64,000 nt of DNA from Marsupella aquatica (Eukaryota; Plantae; Marchantiophyta), in assembly GCA_973895155.1 (NCBI GenBank), contig OZ316892.1:22297168-22361167 (forward strand). Reading direction: 5' to 3'. Positions 24,916 to 37,199 of the stretch are shown here, piece after piece. A program made the position numbers and the translations under genes. The notes below the pieces were generated by a model that made no database searches, had not been told where the DNA came from, and was given only the letters and a program-made list of their open reading frames with translations. Every line of letters starts with the position of its first letter. Positions within the stretch are counted from its first letter, which is position 1.

Positions 24916-24987
24916 ATGGATCCCAACTACATGTTCTATGGTGACGACGATCCAGCATGGTTGAATGCCACCAACGAGGACGACTAA
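24916..24987 (+). CDS. Acidic micropeptide A4 MDPNYMFYGDDDPAWLNATNEDD
   Basis: gaaATGG...TAA. Confidence 0.75.
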   Translation: MDPNYMFYGDDDPAWLNATNEDD

Positions 24988-25101
24988 TCAACGCGCAGCC
25001 TTCTTCAACTCGATCATTCCGCGGGGAGATCAATTTTCATGCATCTTGGGGCCAGTATGCAACGTTAGCTCAAAGCTGGGTGGTGCCATAGACTCACTCA
25101 A

Positions 25102-25173
25102 GTGGATCCCAACGATGTGTTTTACGGTGATTCTCCACCATGGTTGACTGCCTCCAATGGCAACGACAGCTGA
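25102..25173 (+). pseudogene. Disabled or near-cognate-start micropeptide copy (V)DPNDVFYGDSPPWLTASNGNDS
   Basis: ATG changed to GTG and one Asp codon lost; frame otherwise open to TGA. Confidence 0.7.
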
Positions 25174-25309
25174 AAATTTAGATGGCCTTCTGCATCGTTC
25201 CGAGTTGATACTTTAGAGCCTTACAAACTAAGGCAAGATCTGTCGGAATTTGAATGAACAGGTCCAGTCCAGTCGGCTCGATTTACTCAGGCTTAATTAG
25301 CTCGCAACA

Positions 25310-25441
25310 ATGTCATTCAATCGACCCAAAAGAATGACTTCAGCCTGCAGCTGCAGCGAGAACTATGGGAGATCTGAAACATTGGCTCAGCCTCAATTGC
25401 TGACGTCCAGGGTACAACACCGCTGGTACCATCGTAGATGA
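25310..25441 (+). CDS. Putative basic HRW sORF MSFNRPKRMTSACSCSENYGRSETLAQPQLLTSRVQHRWYHRR
   Basis: The ATG context GCTCGCAACAATG is homologous to 36124, 47557 and 52761; shares the C-terminal motif. Confidence 0.4.
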   Translation: MSFNRPKRMTSACSCSENYGRSETLAQPQLLTSRVQHRWYHRR

Positions 25442-26278
25442 AAACGCCATCTGACTCTTGTAAAATATGAAAAACGCCGTCATCTGGACTCTTGTAAAAT
25501 ATTAGATAAGTAGGATGTAGTAGTAGTAACGTTCTCATTATTATGAGCAACACTCAACTGTCTGCACATTTGCAGAAGATAGAAATTGACATCATTTTTT
25601 TATCCATTTGATTCAATGTATCAGAACTGCCCTATTCTTTACAAGTAAAATAAATAATTCTTTGTTCGAAGGACCTAATTTCGACCATTTCTACTACAAG
25701 TCGATCACCTAGCAAACTGCTTAAATAGATGAATTATGTGGCTCTATGTACGTGAGGCATGCTATCTGTTTCTTGTTCCTAGTAAGAGTGGAATTTTATC
25801 ACACTGTATGATCATTTCCATCACCTGCTGACCAATGAATCCTCTCAAACTAGGACGTTGCACTCACATTTCAACTGAAACAATTGTGGGATTTTCTCTG
25901 AATGGGATGCATTTTAGTGTTAACTTGATTCTCGCCATTATTTTTCTCAGTCTACTTTTCAGTAATTTAGGTCAGCAATACCTAGCAAAAAACTTGTATG
26001 CTACATATTGCAACAAATAACACTTCATTTGAGAGCATAAATTCAACTAGCATAAAGTTATTCAAGTTAGTCCAGTAAGTTAATTTTTTCCCCATCTCTC
26101 ACTGGAAAACCCACATACTTCTCCTCCTCAACTCACAGAAAACCGGGCAGAAAACCAACTGAACTTTTCTCACTGTTTAGTTACATGTAATTTTGAAGTT
26201 GCTATTTGCTATATGGGAAATGAAATTTTCAGAATTTGTCTTATTCATGATTTTTGTTTCATGTATTTATTTCAACAT

Positions 26279-26600
26279 CAAGGGGCATCCTTTGTATTAT
26301 AGAAATTTTAATTAATTTTTGAACGCCTTTAATTTTTGGTTCAAAAACTAATTCTGGCAGCCCTCTTAATTTTTAATCCCAATGACTTTAATTTCTATTA
26401 CTTTAACAAAGTTCTTAAGTTTTCTCATGAGAAAGAAAAATGATTCTAAATAAACTTGAACACGTGGTGTCTTACTTTCCACTCGTGACTTTCTTCCTAA
26501 GTTTATGGTTTATAAGTGCACACATCTTAGTGTCTTTGTGTCATAGCACCTGAGTGTATTTTTCATTGGTCACTATGTGCATTTATTTGCATGTACTATT
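26279..26600 (+). mobile_element. Left terminus of a DNA transposon of the same family as the element ending at 9365
   Basis: Reverse complement of ~9000-9365. Followed by AT-rich TE-like sequence with short tandem duplications (27620-27710, 27750-27848) and ATTAGTGTTA repeats (28460-28780). Right end not found. Confidence 0.65.
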
Positions 26601-29600
26601 CTAGTTCTACTCTCTTATTTTATCCATTTACATATCATTACAAGACAAAATATCAAGCATGTTCCAGTATGTGCTTGCTATATCTCACACAATTCATTTT
26701 GTATGAGTTTACATGCAAAGCATCACAGACGACCGTAAGTAGTGTGTACGTGACACTGATTAAGGTCACAATTCAAGTAAAATAGTCTCACACAAAATTG
26801 TCTCACAAATCCTAAAGGGAATAATCAAAATCTGCACATATTTGATGACAGATCACAAAATTCACACATGCTGCTCACACGTACATATATTGAAGCAAAC
26901 GTTCAATTCTGTACAAAAAAATTCAGCACATTCTAATGGTACCATAGTTCCAACCAGAATTGGCAGTTACAGTCAAGGATAATAAAAAATGCAAAGACCA
27001 TCATTGCTGATTGCAAAAACTTTGTCAACATGTCAAGAACGACATCAAACTTTGGAAATTTCACTAAACAGTGAGAGTGAAATACACTGAGAGTGAAATA
27101 CACTCAAAATGGTTCTGAAACCCAAAGAGGCTACTTTGTGGTAGCTTACTTGAGTAGAGATTGATAGATCTTGGGTTCAACTATTGTGAGCTAACCTTCC
27201 CAACTATTGTGGCTGACTCTTCCCTTTCTATGAGGTTTCACAGATTTCAGTTTAAAAAGATAAATAAAAATAAAAATGTTTCTGAAGACTTAAAACTTCT
27301 TAGCCTAACAATCAATGACAAAAGGAATTTCCTTCTATAAGTCACGGGAATTGAATTGAATGCTATCCGTTGTGCAGGCAGTCACTGCCGGTAGCCGGTC
27401 GGTGCAGGTTAGCTGTGCATAGAATACAGTTAAATACGTCAAATGTGTCACTGGTAACATCCAACAGGCCATGTCCTGGTGGTAGATGGGTGAGAGTGTG
27501 GCAAGAGAGGGTGCGGGTTTGAATCTCACCTGCCCCATTCTCCCTTTTAACACAGATCCCCCCAAAGTGGGATATAGAGGTCTCTAGTGACATTAGTATT
27601 TGTTTTTATTCTACCCCAGAGTTAACACACATTCTCCCCAAAAAGTGGGGTTCACTAGCACCTAGTTAACACACATTCTCCCCAAAAAGTGGGGTTCACT
27701 AGAACCTAGTGACACTTAGAATTTTTTCATTCAAGGAGATGAACCCGCTGTAGCAGTTTCTGGTCAATGTTCACTCAACTACAAGACAACATTAATTGTA
27801 GCAGTTTCTGGTCAATATTCACTTAACTACAAGACAACATTAATTGTAAAACATGTGACTCGTAGAAGTGAGTCAAAAGGAGATGCAAATTACAGAACTT
27901 GTAACAGTTTGATTTAATATTGCACCTTGAACGGGACCAAGTTCACTCTTGTTCTCTACTAGTCAATCTTTGACACAAAGCCCAATCATGTTCTCAATCA
28001 GTCAATCTTTGACAACAAAGTTCAATCATGTTCTGTTCAATGATGTTCTCAATCAGTCAATTTTTGACAGCTACTAATAAGCCAAAACACAAGAAGACTT
28101 TACAGCTGACATGCACATAAACACATGTGACTTCTTAACACATGTGACTGCTGCTCTGCACGCATTAAAGAGGATTCAGCCGATGGTTTCTTCAGCATAT
28201 GAATTTTGGTTCCCCATGCATCGATTAGACTTAGCATTTAAGCCCAAATTGTTTTTAAATTTTTTTCTGGAAATTTTCACCCTCATCTTTTCTTGCTCCA
28301 CAGGAAAGAAACTTTATGGTCGGCTAGGGTACTAGTGGGAGACCTTGGGGAAACGGTTTCAGGATAAAGGGTGCACATGAACTAGGCTACACTAGCTAAG
28401 GGCTTCAAATGAACTTGACACCATAGGATAAGGCACCCACCTTGATATACTACTACACTGTTCACCATAATCAGTGTGACTAACACTAATTCAAGAGTGC
28501 CCATTTTCAGGGTCTATTCGCGAATTAGTGTTAGTCACACTAATTTTGTGCTAACACTATTTTTGCGCACATGAATTAGTGTTACTATGGTCTTAAGAGT
28601 GACAAAATAGAGAGAAAGAAACTATTTTGAAAAATCCACAATAATTAGTGTTACTTTTGACTAAATATTATCCATTTTTTTACAAGAAATTTAAACTAAA
28701 GTGAAAAAATATGTTTTGAAAACTAACAAAAATTAGTGTTACTTGGACTCAAAATCAGTTTTACCAAAATCAGTGTTATGTGAACAGCGTAGATATACCA
28801 GCTTTTTTTTAGTGGCAAAAATTTGCTAGATTCCACCTCCCCAAAATCCACTTTTGGCAAAAACTGGCTACTATTTTGTTGTCTCATTAGCCAGAATCTA
28901 ACTGTCAGCCTTAAATCTAGGGAGATCAGACTGTGAAACTTTTTGAGCATCTTCTCCTGCACACACTTTACACTGGCCAACACACTTTACATTGGCCAAC
29001 TTTTTGAGTATCTTCTCTTTCACACACTTACATTGGTCACCGGCTAAACAGTGAAATCCTTACAAAAATACATTGGTTAGTACCCATTGCTGCTGTTCAA
29101 GGCTACTGTCTTGAGGATTATTAGTAGCCGACTCTCTAGAACAACCAGGTGGAAAGTCCAGTCAAACTTTGACTGTCCTCCAACATGCAGAAAGGGAAAC
29201 TCAAGTCCTAGATGCCAACAGTAATTCATAACTGCACGTTTTTTAAGTTTTAAAAGCACAATTGGAGACACCCCATTCTCCAATGTCATTTCCAATAAGT
29301 CAGCCTAACGATATATTAAGGTTGTGCTTTCTAACATTCCCAGTGTGATTGAGCATTTAGAGAAATATATCGTGGTGCAAAGGATATTGTTGAAAAAGAA
29401 ATTTGTTAGAATATACTATTGCACAAAAAATGTTGTTGGGTAAAAGATATCATCAAAATACGGGAGACCGCAGCCACAAAACTTTGATAAAATGAAAATA
29501 GTATTTTCTCTTTATATTTCTTTTTTTATCTTTTTCACCTTGCACAAAAAATATTCTTGAATAAAATTAAGGTGTCATTGCACAAAAGACAACTGTGACC

Positions 29601-31113
29601 TATAACAAAATGAGAGGTGTTTTTCTTTATTTTTCTCTTCTGTTCCTTTTAAACCTTACCCCCTCCTTTTCTCTCATTTTCACTAGTTTTGGTCTCTGTT
29701 TTTTCTCATTCACCATCACTCTACTCGCTCCCCCCCCCCCTCCTGCAAGGCTGGAGCCCTTTGAGGGCCCGCCCTACATTCCAAGTGCGCCTCTAGCCCG
29801 ACACCTTGCCATCAATGCCTATGCCATGCTCTTTACTTTGCCTTTGGTCCTGAATGCTTTTGTTTTTTTGCATTGAAAATTAGAATGCAAATGATTGTAA
29901 GAATCACCACAAATATTAGGAGAATAGTTTTTTTATTGATTAGTGTATGCAATACTCTATTGACTAAAATACTATATGCAATTAAGCTATTCCTACTAGT
30001 ATAATTACACAAAAATATGTTCCATCACAATATTGAATATGTATAATATTTACTTGCATATGAATATGTACAATATTTACTTGCATGTGAGTATGTACAA
30101 TTTTTACTTGCATGGACAATGGAGGGTACTTTCAGGGTAGTGCATTGTGTTAAACTCTTGCACTTTTGTTGTTGTCTCATTTGATTTTTTATTGCTTGGA
30201 CAATTGTGCAACTCTTTTTGAGTCGCACTAAACTAAATTCACACTTTGACTTTATTCCTTATCTTTGACCCAATTTTTCAATTTTTGTGGCCTGCACATT
30301 TGAATTTTTGACGCATCTTCGTATTATAGTTTTTGATGAGGTTGTGACCATGCAAGGGCTCTAGCAAGGCAATATTTTGTCATAGGTACACAATCTACTT
30401 GTCTGGATACCCCTCCTAATCTAAACTTGGTCATTTCCAAGATTTCTCATTGGTTGGTGTTTTAATCATCAAGAACTATAATTAACATGTTGATCATTTA
30501 TTTTGCAATGGTAGTCTTTCAAATTTGCAAGGCCCAAAAAATAAAGAATCTTACAAAGAGAAAGAATAATAAACACAAACACAATTACATTTAGTGTGAA
30601 GAAAAGAGTGACACTTTTTTTCCAAGCAAGAAATGTGACTGCCAAATGATACACAAGAATCAAGTCACCATCACCATCCATGCATATAAATTGCTACTCC
30701 CTCTATCTCCCTCTACCATTCTTCACCACTATATCACCTATCCCAGATTGTCCCTTTACAAACTAATTAAAAAGGGAACCAATCTTCACCCTTCCAATCA
30801 TCAAAACATTTTTTTCACACCATCAAATTTATCCATACACACACAATCTAGAATAAATGGCTGCCCAAACTGCCCTTAGTCAGCTCGCATCTACCCAAGA
30901 TAAAAATTTGAAAAGCTTTGAATATAAATAAATTTTAAGATATTAATCTCTCTAAAAATTTAAATGAAGAAGAACATTATATTTCCTGTCACTTGATTGT
31001 GCTTGGACTCTATGATGTGGTGTCCGCTATCTTGCATCTCGCCCTGTTCACTGCCCATCCTAGTCCCCAATGCGTGTTGCTTGCCCTGGCTGGCCCGCTG
31101 GCTTGATTGACTT

Positions 31114-31808
31114 CTCGGGGGGGGGGGGGGGGGGGTCACTACATGGAGGGCCATACATCGCATGCGACGTTTTAGGGTTTGACCCCCCTAACTTATAAGT
31201 GAAATTTTTTTTTGTGCAAAACTCTTTCTTTCTTTAAATTTTGTCATTTTTACTAAAAAACCCCTAAAAACTTTAAATGTTGAGCATAGACGACATTCGC
31301 AACGGCAAGCCCATGAACCATCCAACGCACAATAGTCGACACACAGAGATACGTGGTTCACCTCCACATGAGGCTACGTCCACGGGAACACACAAGAGCT
31401 TTACTGCACTCTAGGCCAATCGGCCATACCAAGCATCCACAGCACAAGCTCTCCCTATCTCTCAACTAGCTCCATAACAATGAGCCTAAGTTCCACCAGG
31501 GTCTGGCATCAGCCCTGGCTATATACACAATAACACTACCGCTAACATTAGCTAAGTCCTAACCCAAGTTAGACTAACTGTGGTTAGCTCATGAGTCACA
31601 AGACTAGAGGAATATCTAACATTAAAGAAAGTATTTTTTACAATTAAATAGGCCTATGTGTTCTTTAAAGTTGATTAGTCAATAAAACATGCCCTATGTG
31701 TTCTTCCACCAAACTTTGAAAGTCTTCCGCCACACCTATTTAAATGGGCCTATACTTTGTTGCACGTGATGTGCCACTTCCGTGGAAGTGACCCCCCCCC
31801 CCCCCGAG
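31114..31808 (+). mobile_element. MITE with CTCGGGG..TCACT / AGTGA..CCCCGAG TIRs and 8-bp TSD, containing a solo LTR
   Basis: TSD ATTGACTT at 31106-31113 and 31809-31816. Confidence 0.85.
31278..31621. mobile_element. Solo LTR (344 bp)
   Basis: TGTTGAG...CTAACA with TSD TTAAA; inverted homolog at 59428-59780. Confidence 0.85.
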
Positions 31809-32159
31809 ATTGACTTTGGTTTGTACTCTGGTATCAACAACTTGGGTTTGTGTCGTGGTGCCCTTCATTTTTTGTGACCCCTCTATTCATAGATGGAAGC
31901 TTAGGCCGTGATACCACTTGCAATGTGAAGGATGAGCTTAAGAGTGTTTATAAACTAATAAACACAATTTAAATAATTATAGAGATTTTTGGCAAGAGCA
32001 ATAATTGCAACTATTGTGGGGCCTGGGGGTCTCACTATATGGGGCTCCCATCACAGGTGGAATATTTAGAAGTCTCCAACACCCCAAAACTTCAGAAAAA
32101 GTTGGAATTTTTTTAACCTCTAATAATATTGGATAGTTCAATACATGTGCATTGCATTT

Positions 32160-32535
32160 ATGATGTCGTGTCGGCCAAGATGTTGTTGAGAAAAAAGATA
32201 TTGTGTCACCCAAGATGTCATTATGTGAAAGATGTTGCCAAGAAAAAAATATGCCGTAACTAAGAATAATGAAGTTGTGTTGCCAAAGATCTCGTTATGT
32301 GAAAGATGTCATGAAGTAAAAAGATGTCGTGAAGTAAAAAGATGTTGTGAAGTAAAGAGATGTGGGGAAAAGGTGTTGAGAAGTAAAAAACTGCCACGGC
32401 GTGAAAGATGTTGCATCATGTAAAATGTTGTGAAGTAAAAATATGTCATGATGTCAAAGATGTTGTCAAGTAAGGATGGTGTTATGTGAAATTAAGATGT
32501 CACAAAGTAAAAAGATGTTGAGGCGCCTAAGATGT
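32160..32535 (+). repeat. Degenerate ~18-20 bp AAGATGT(T/C)GTGAAGTAA minisatellite
   Basis: More than 15 recurring AAGATGT cores, downstream of a GGGGGTCTCACTATATGG terminus at ~32025. Confidence 0.75.
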
Positions 32536-33615
32536 TGGAGGTTTGGAGATTTTGTTATTTTTATCTCCTTAGAGTTGGGGTTTGGGAGGGAGAGATGAGC
32601 ACAGGGAAGATGGCAGCACGGGGGACTGGGGGGGGGGGGGGAGTGACAGGTGGTTGCACTGCTGTGCATTGAGGGTTAAGAGGAGAGGGTTGCAGGGAGA
32701 GAAGTGGAGGGACAGTTTTTTCAGCTTTATTCCTTTCTTTTTACAGTTTTGGTACTAACTTCCCACCCAAAACGTCACGTTAAATTCAAATGATGGCCAC
32801 AACATTTTTTGATAGGGATAACAAAAAGCAAAAGCAGTAAACAGGAGACCTTAATTTCTTCTACTTGCAAACATTTACAAAGGCTTTCATAATGGAAAGT
32901 GAAAACTTTGAACAATGTTCATATCCTCCAATGCACACATCTATAGTTCTCTTGGAGACCAAATGCAGAAGAAATAGGTCTTTACAATGGCCTTTGTAAT
33001 GACCTTCAAATAAGATAATCTATCTCTAATCACTTTCCTAGCTTAATGTCATTCATGAATTATTTTATTTTTGTAATTAATTTCAGGGCATTTATCAGTA
33101 AAAATGCACATTCAACGCATGTATCGCCACATTATTTTATTTCTCCTCTGCTTTTACTAAAGTAAGGAAAAAATAATTTTTAATCTAGCTTCAGGTGTGT
33201 TAACTTCTTATTCCTAATTATGATCAATATTAATTCTCAAAACTTGAGCTAAAATGTATGCTCATAGAGACTAAATGTTTTAGGGTTTGACTGGATTTTC
33301 TTCTACACCGCGTCATGTACAACTTACCTCAATCACAACAATTCACAATTTTTGTACCCTTCCCCTTGTAAAGAACTTGTTGACCACAGTTGAAATCTAG
33401 TACCCGCTGACCTTAAAATCCATTGGTCTTCCTTACTGAGTGTGCACTCCAGCACCCTTAAGGCAGGGCGGGGCTGGCATGGAGGAGGAGGAGGAGGAGG
33501 AGGGACTTGGGCGAGGCAAGGCAAGGGAAACATGCAGCGAGGGAGCAGAAGTTGCGGCAAGGAGAGAGGATTGCGGACGGTGGGCTTGTGGGGGCTTGTC
33601 AAGGGAGGGAGCGAG

Positions 33616-33916
33616 CTTGGGGGTCTCATTTAATGGAGTCCCCGATGGAGGCCTCCCCATCACCTGCAACATTTTTAGGCCTCGGACCCCTTAAAATGTA
33701 GGAAGTAACTTATTATTTTTTTCAACCCCTATAAAGTTGGAATATTCCAAATTTTTTGTTAGAAGGGCCCTAATGTTCTTATAAGTCTCAAAATTAGATC
33801 TAAAAAACCTTATTGTTTTTTTGAGAAAATTCTTAAGTCTTGCCTTTGAATCAATAAAATGACCGTATCCTTCGTCGCACGTGATGTGTCAGTTTTGTGA
33901 AAGTGAAACCTCTGAT
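33616..33916 (+). mobile_element. MITE, 8-bp TSD family
   Basis: CTTGGGGGTCTCA...GTGAAACCTCTGAT with TSD GGAGCGAG/GGAGCAAG; body similar to 63385-63657. Confidence 0.8.
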
Positions 33917-35581
33917 GGAGCAAGGTAGTCGGGGCATGTTGGGGAGGGAGCAAGATTGCGAGACGGTTGGGCTTGTCAGGGCTCGTTAGGATGCCGTGGA
34001 ATAGAGGCGCTGGAGGGATACCGGGGTCACTTTGGGACATGTGCACTCGGTTTTTTTCTGTTTATAGCTTCCACTTTTTTGAGTGTCAATGTTTCCACCC
34101 AAAATGCCCTGCCAATATGAATGACGACCACGTGAAAAAAGGCACAACTTTGTTCCTTATGTATATCAAGGAACCTCCTTATGTATGGATCAGAAACCTC
34201 CTTGATACTCGTGCATGTGTCCTTTTTTGGTGTCCCATTTGTTTGGAATGCACTTGATTCACTTTTTGGGGCACACTAATTTAATACAACTTTGATTCCT
34301 TCTATTTGCTACAATTAACTTTGTTTTGGACAGTGCAAATTTGAATAACAACCACTGCCAAAAAGCGCGCAACAGTGTATTATAGTTTAGAATTCTTGCA
34401 ATATTAAGAAACTTGATTAAAAACCATTTCTATCTTAAGACCCTTTTGCTAGTGTTCTCACAAAAACAAGCCTTCCCTCAGAGTTACCATATTAATGGTA
34501 ATTGGTTATATTGGTTCATTGCATGTGCATAACCCGGTGCATAAAATGATCTTATTGGTTCATTGCATGTGACTTGTTGTCGTTGCCTCAGTGCCCACCT
34601 GAGTGAGACACCTAGAAACCCCAAAAGAGGGGGACCCATGATGATTTTTCCAGAACATAAACCAAGACGACACTGTCAACCATGACTTTTACCCAAGTAG
34701 CAGCTTCGCCTGAACACTTGTACTCTGTTAGCAAGCCAGCCATGGCTTAGTTTGATGGAAGAAAGTGTTGCTAGAATAGCAACTAGGACTCCAAAGGGAA
34801 GAAGCATGGAAGATGCATGGCAGATGATCAACTAAGACTGTCCATGAAAGCTTTGATATTGAAAGAAGCCAAACACTCATCACAGTACAAGATAGAGGCA
34901 AGGGCAGAGGCTTGTGTATTATTGACCAAGTTAAGTATGTACTTTGCAATTACCCTAGTTAATACCAACCAAACCGAGATGGAAAACAAATAATGGAGTG
35001 GCTAAATGCTACCTAGCTTCAAGTTTGTTCATCTATTATTTTGTAAATACTTAGTTGTAAGTTTACCTTTCACACTGCAAGTTATACAATAGCTGCAGGT
35101 CTTGGGAGTGGATTGAGGTCAGTGACAAATGGAGGGTTCCAGAACACAAACCCAAAGTTGATGCCTACACACAAACCAATGTCAATGGGAACTACCAGTA
35201 CATATAGAAGACTCGGAGGGGCAATGTAAAGGGCCCCAAGAAAATTGGGTTGACCTACACATAACGCGCCATTTATGAAACTTTCAATTTTGTGACTGGG
35301 TTTTCTAATTAGGTATTTCATGCGCGTCTCAATTAAGTTAAGACTACTATATAATACTCCGCGTGGCGGGTACATATTCATAAATATTATTTGAGTAACA
35401 CACAATCAGAATGACTGACTTTGTAAAACCGACGGAGGTCTTGCTCGTCCAGTCCATCACAGGGTTCAGCGTTCTTCGCACATGGTTGACCAGGCCTCCG
35501 CTGCAGTCAGGGCTTGGCACAATCGTCGAAAAACGAAACAAGGCTCGCTCCTCACTCATCATCAGTCCCTCGATCACCCAA

Positions 35582-35588
35582 TATAAAA
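35582..35588 (+). promoter_or_regulatory. TATA box of type B gene, U1
   Basis: TATAAAA ~225 nt upstream of the sORF; homologous TATAAAG at 51894. Confidence 0.6.
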
Positions 35589-35806
35589 GCATAGCCGCCG
35601 TTCTAATTGTTCATCAACAACTTCTTCTTGATTGAATACCAATTTGTCATCGTTCAACATCAACTTTTCTTTCGTTCGTACCTCACTCATTACGCTCGAT
35701 CGATCAGCTCTCAAAAACTTCCAGTCCTCAGCTTTGGATTTTCATTCGGCCTATCGTCACTCCATTCACAACCAGTTGCAGAGTTGTTTGATTTCTCGCT
35801 GCTCAA

Positions 35807-35878
35807 ATGGATCCCAACGATATGTTTTATGACGATGACGCTCCCGCGTGGTTGACAGCCTCCACCGATGACGACTGA
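35807..35878 (+). CDS. Acidic micropeptide B1 MDPNDMFYDDDAPAWLTASTDDD
   Basis: caaATGG...TGA; same length as type A although the flanks are unalignable. Confidence 0.8.
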   Translation: MDPNDMFYDDDAPAWLTASTDDD

Positions 35879-36123
35879 TGATGAACTTTGCCATCGGCAT
35901 TCCAGGATTAGGAAGATCGTGGACATCAAGGATTCAGCTCGAGTCCAGCTCCCGCTCCAGCATAGAGCTTTTGCTCAGTAGATTGATGAGAGATTGAGGA
36001 TTTGAAAAATACTCCAATGACTTCTGCTGAGAGGAAGTTTGGCTCAGTCTCCGCAGAACTTCAATGAACAACACAGGTAGACCTTGGGAGGGGGTCTAAT
36101 TTCCACCGGCTCAGCTCGCAACC

Positions 36124-36237
36124 ATGCCGTTCGAGGGACACAGAAATGACTCCAAATCACGAGGAGAGTTGGTGGACATGTCGAATCAACCTAAACAAAA
36201 GAGTTTCAGGGTGAAGCACCGTTGGATAAGGTCTTGA
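36124..36237 (+). CDS. Putative basic HRW sORF MPFEGHRNDSKSRGELVDMSNQPKQKSFRVKHRWIRS
   Basis: Homologous ATG. Two indels (-2, -7) relative to the 52761 copy restore the frame before the motif. Confidence 0.4.
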   Translation: MPFEGHRNDSKSRGELVDMSNQPKQKSFRVKHRWIRS

Positions 36238-36879
36238 GAGAGCGACGTGTCATTCGAATGATTCATAATAGGTAGTAGCTAAAGATCGATTCTTTGGGAC
36301 GTGCTCAATTTCAGCATCCCTTCATAGATACAGACAGTAGTAGTAGATCTCAGTGGACACAATACCTCGTAAACAGCGAGTTGCAGAAGACATGGATCAT
36401 TTTATCAAATCCTGACCTCCTTAACACACTTTTTCTGCAAATGAAAAGCACATTATTTGGGAGAAGACCCTAAGACGCTGAGGCTTCCACCCTCAGTTTC
36501 AACAATGATTAGAAACACCTGTAATTTCTGGGATGGTAATCGATCAGGCTTGCGTTCCATTCATCTTTCAGTGCCTCAGAGCTGCGGTGTATTTGAGTGT
36601 CCGTTACAAGAGATAAATTGTGCGTTATCTATTTTCACGAATCAATTGTGTAATTATTCACGCGTAATCACATCCAGTTGTGTCACCGAATGAGGAGCGA
36701 GCTAGGTTTGATTTTCTAACACTCGGGAGAGACTAATAGAGATATAGAGGCAATTAGAGACATGAACGTCCAGGATCCGCATTCAGTTAATTTGTCTGAG
36801 GATCCTGTTTGGCAGATTGACCGAGCATCCTCTTTCGTAGCTGCATTGCTTACAGAACTGGAACTTTGAACAGCATGGA

Positions 36880-37199
36880 TGGGCGAGGGATTGAAGCTAG
36901 GACACCTTCGCTTCATTTCCAACATACTCTCTTGAGCCAAATTGAAACTAGGAAACCGTCCCTTCGAGAGTGGGTTATTTGCAACACTCTCGACTCTTGA
37001 GCCATATTCGTTTCAAGAACAACTCTTAAAATTCCCCTTTGGCTCTGATACCATGTTGATTCACCAGCAGGGATCAAGTAGGAATTTTACGTAGGACCTC
37101 TCATGTACATTGTAGGTCTCTACCACTGAGCTACAGGCCCTCTCGTGCTTGCACTATCATTTGTTCAGTTCGACTGTGGTTCATTTCGAATATACAACA
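36880..37199 (-). mobile_element. TRIM-like non-autonomous LTR element with a tRNA-derived LTR segment (Helenus-like)
   Basis: Minus strand: 146-bp LTR 37199-37054 (TGTTG..CAACA) and PBS TGGTATCAGAGCC (37053-37041). A purine tract and second, deleted LTR follow from ~36924. The LTR contains GGGCCTGTAGCTCAGTGGTAGAG (37140-37118). Confidence 0.7.

Noticed and set aside
24193-25173. CRISPR-like repeat-spacer array
   Set aside because: The repeats are 72-nt ORFs with synonymous variation, the spacers are homologous to each other, there are no cas genes, and the context is eukaryotic.
9000-26600. One giant transposon enclosing the host gene between the inverted repeats at 9000-9365 and 26279-26600
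   Set aside because: The termini face outward, so they belong to two separate elements.
37054-37140. Functional tRNA gene
   Set aside because: Only the 5' stem and D-arm are tRNA-like; the T-arm and acceptor pairing are degenerate, and it lies inside an LTR.
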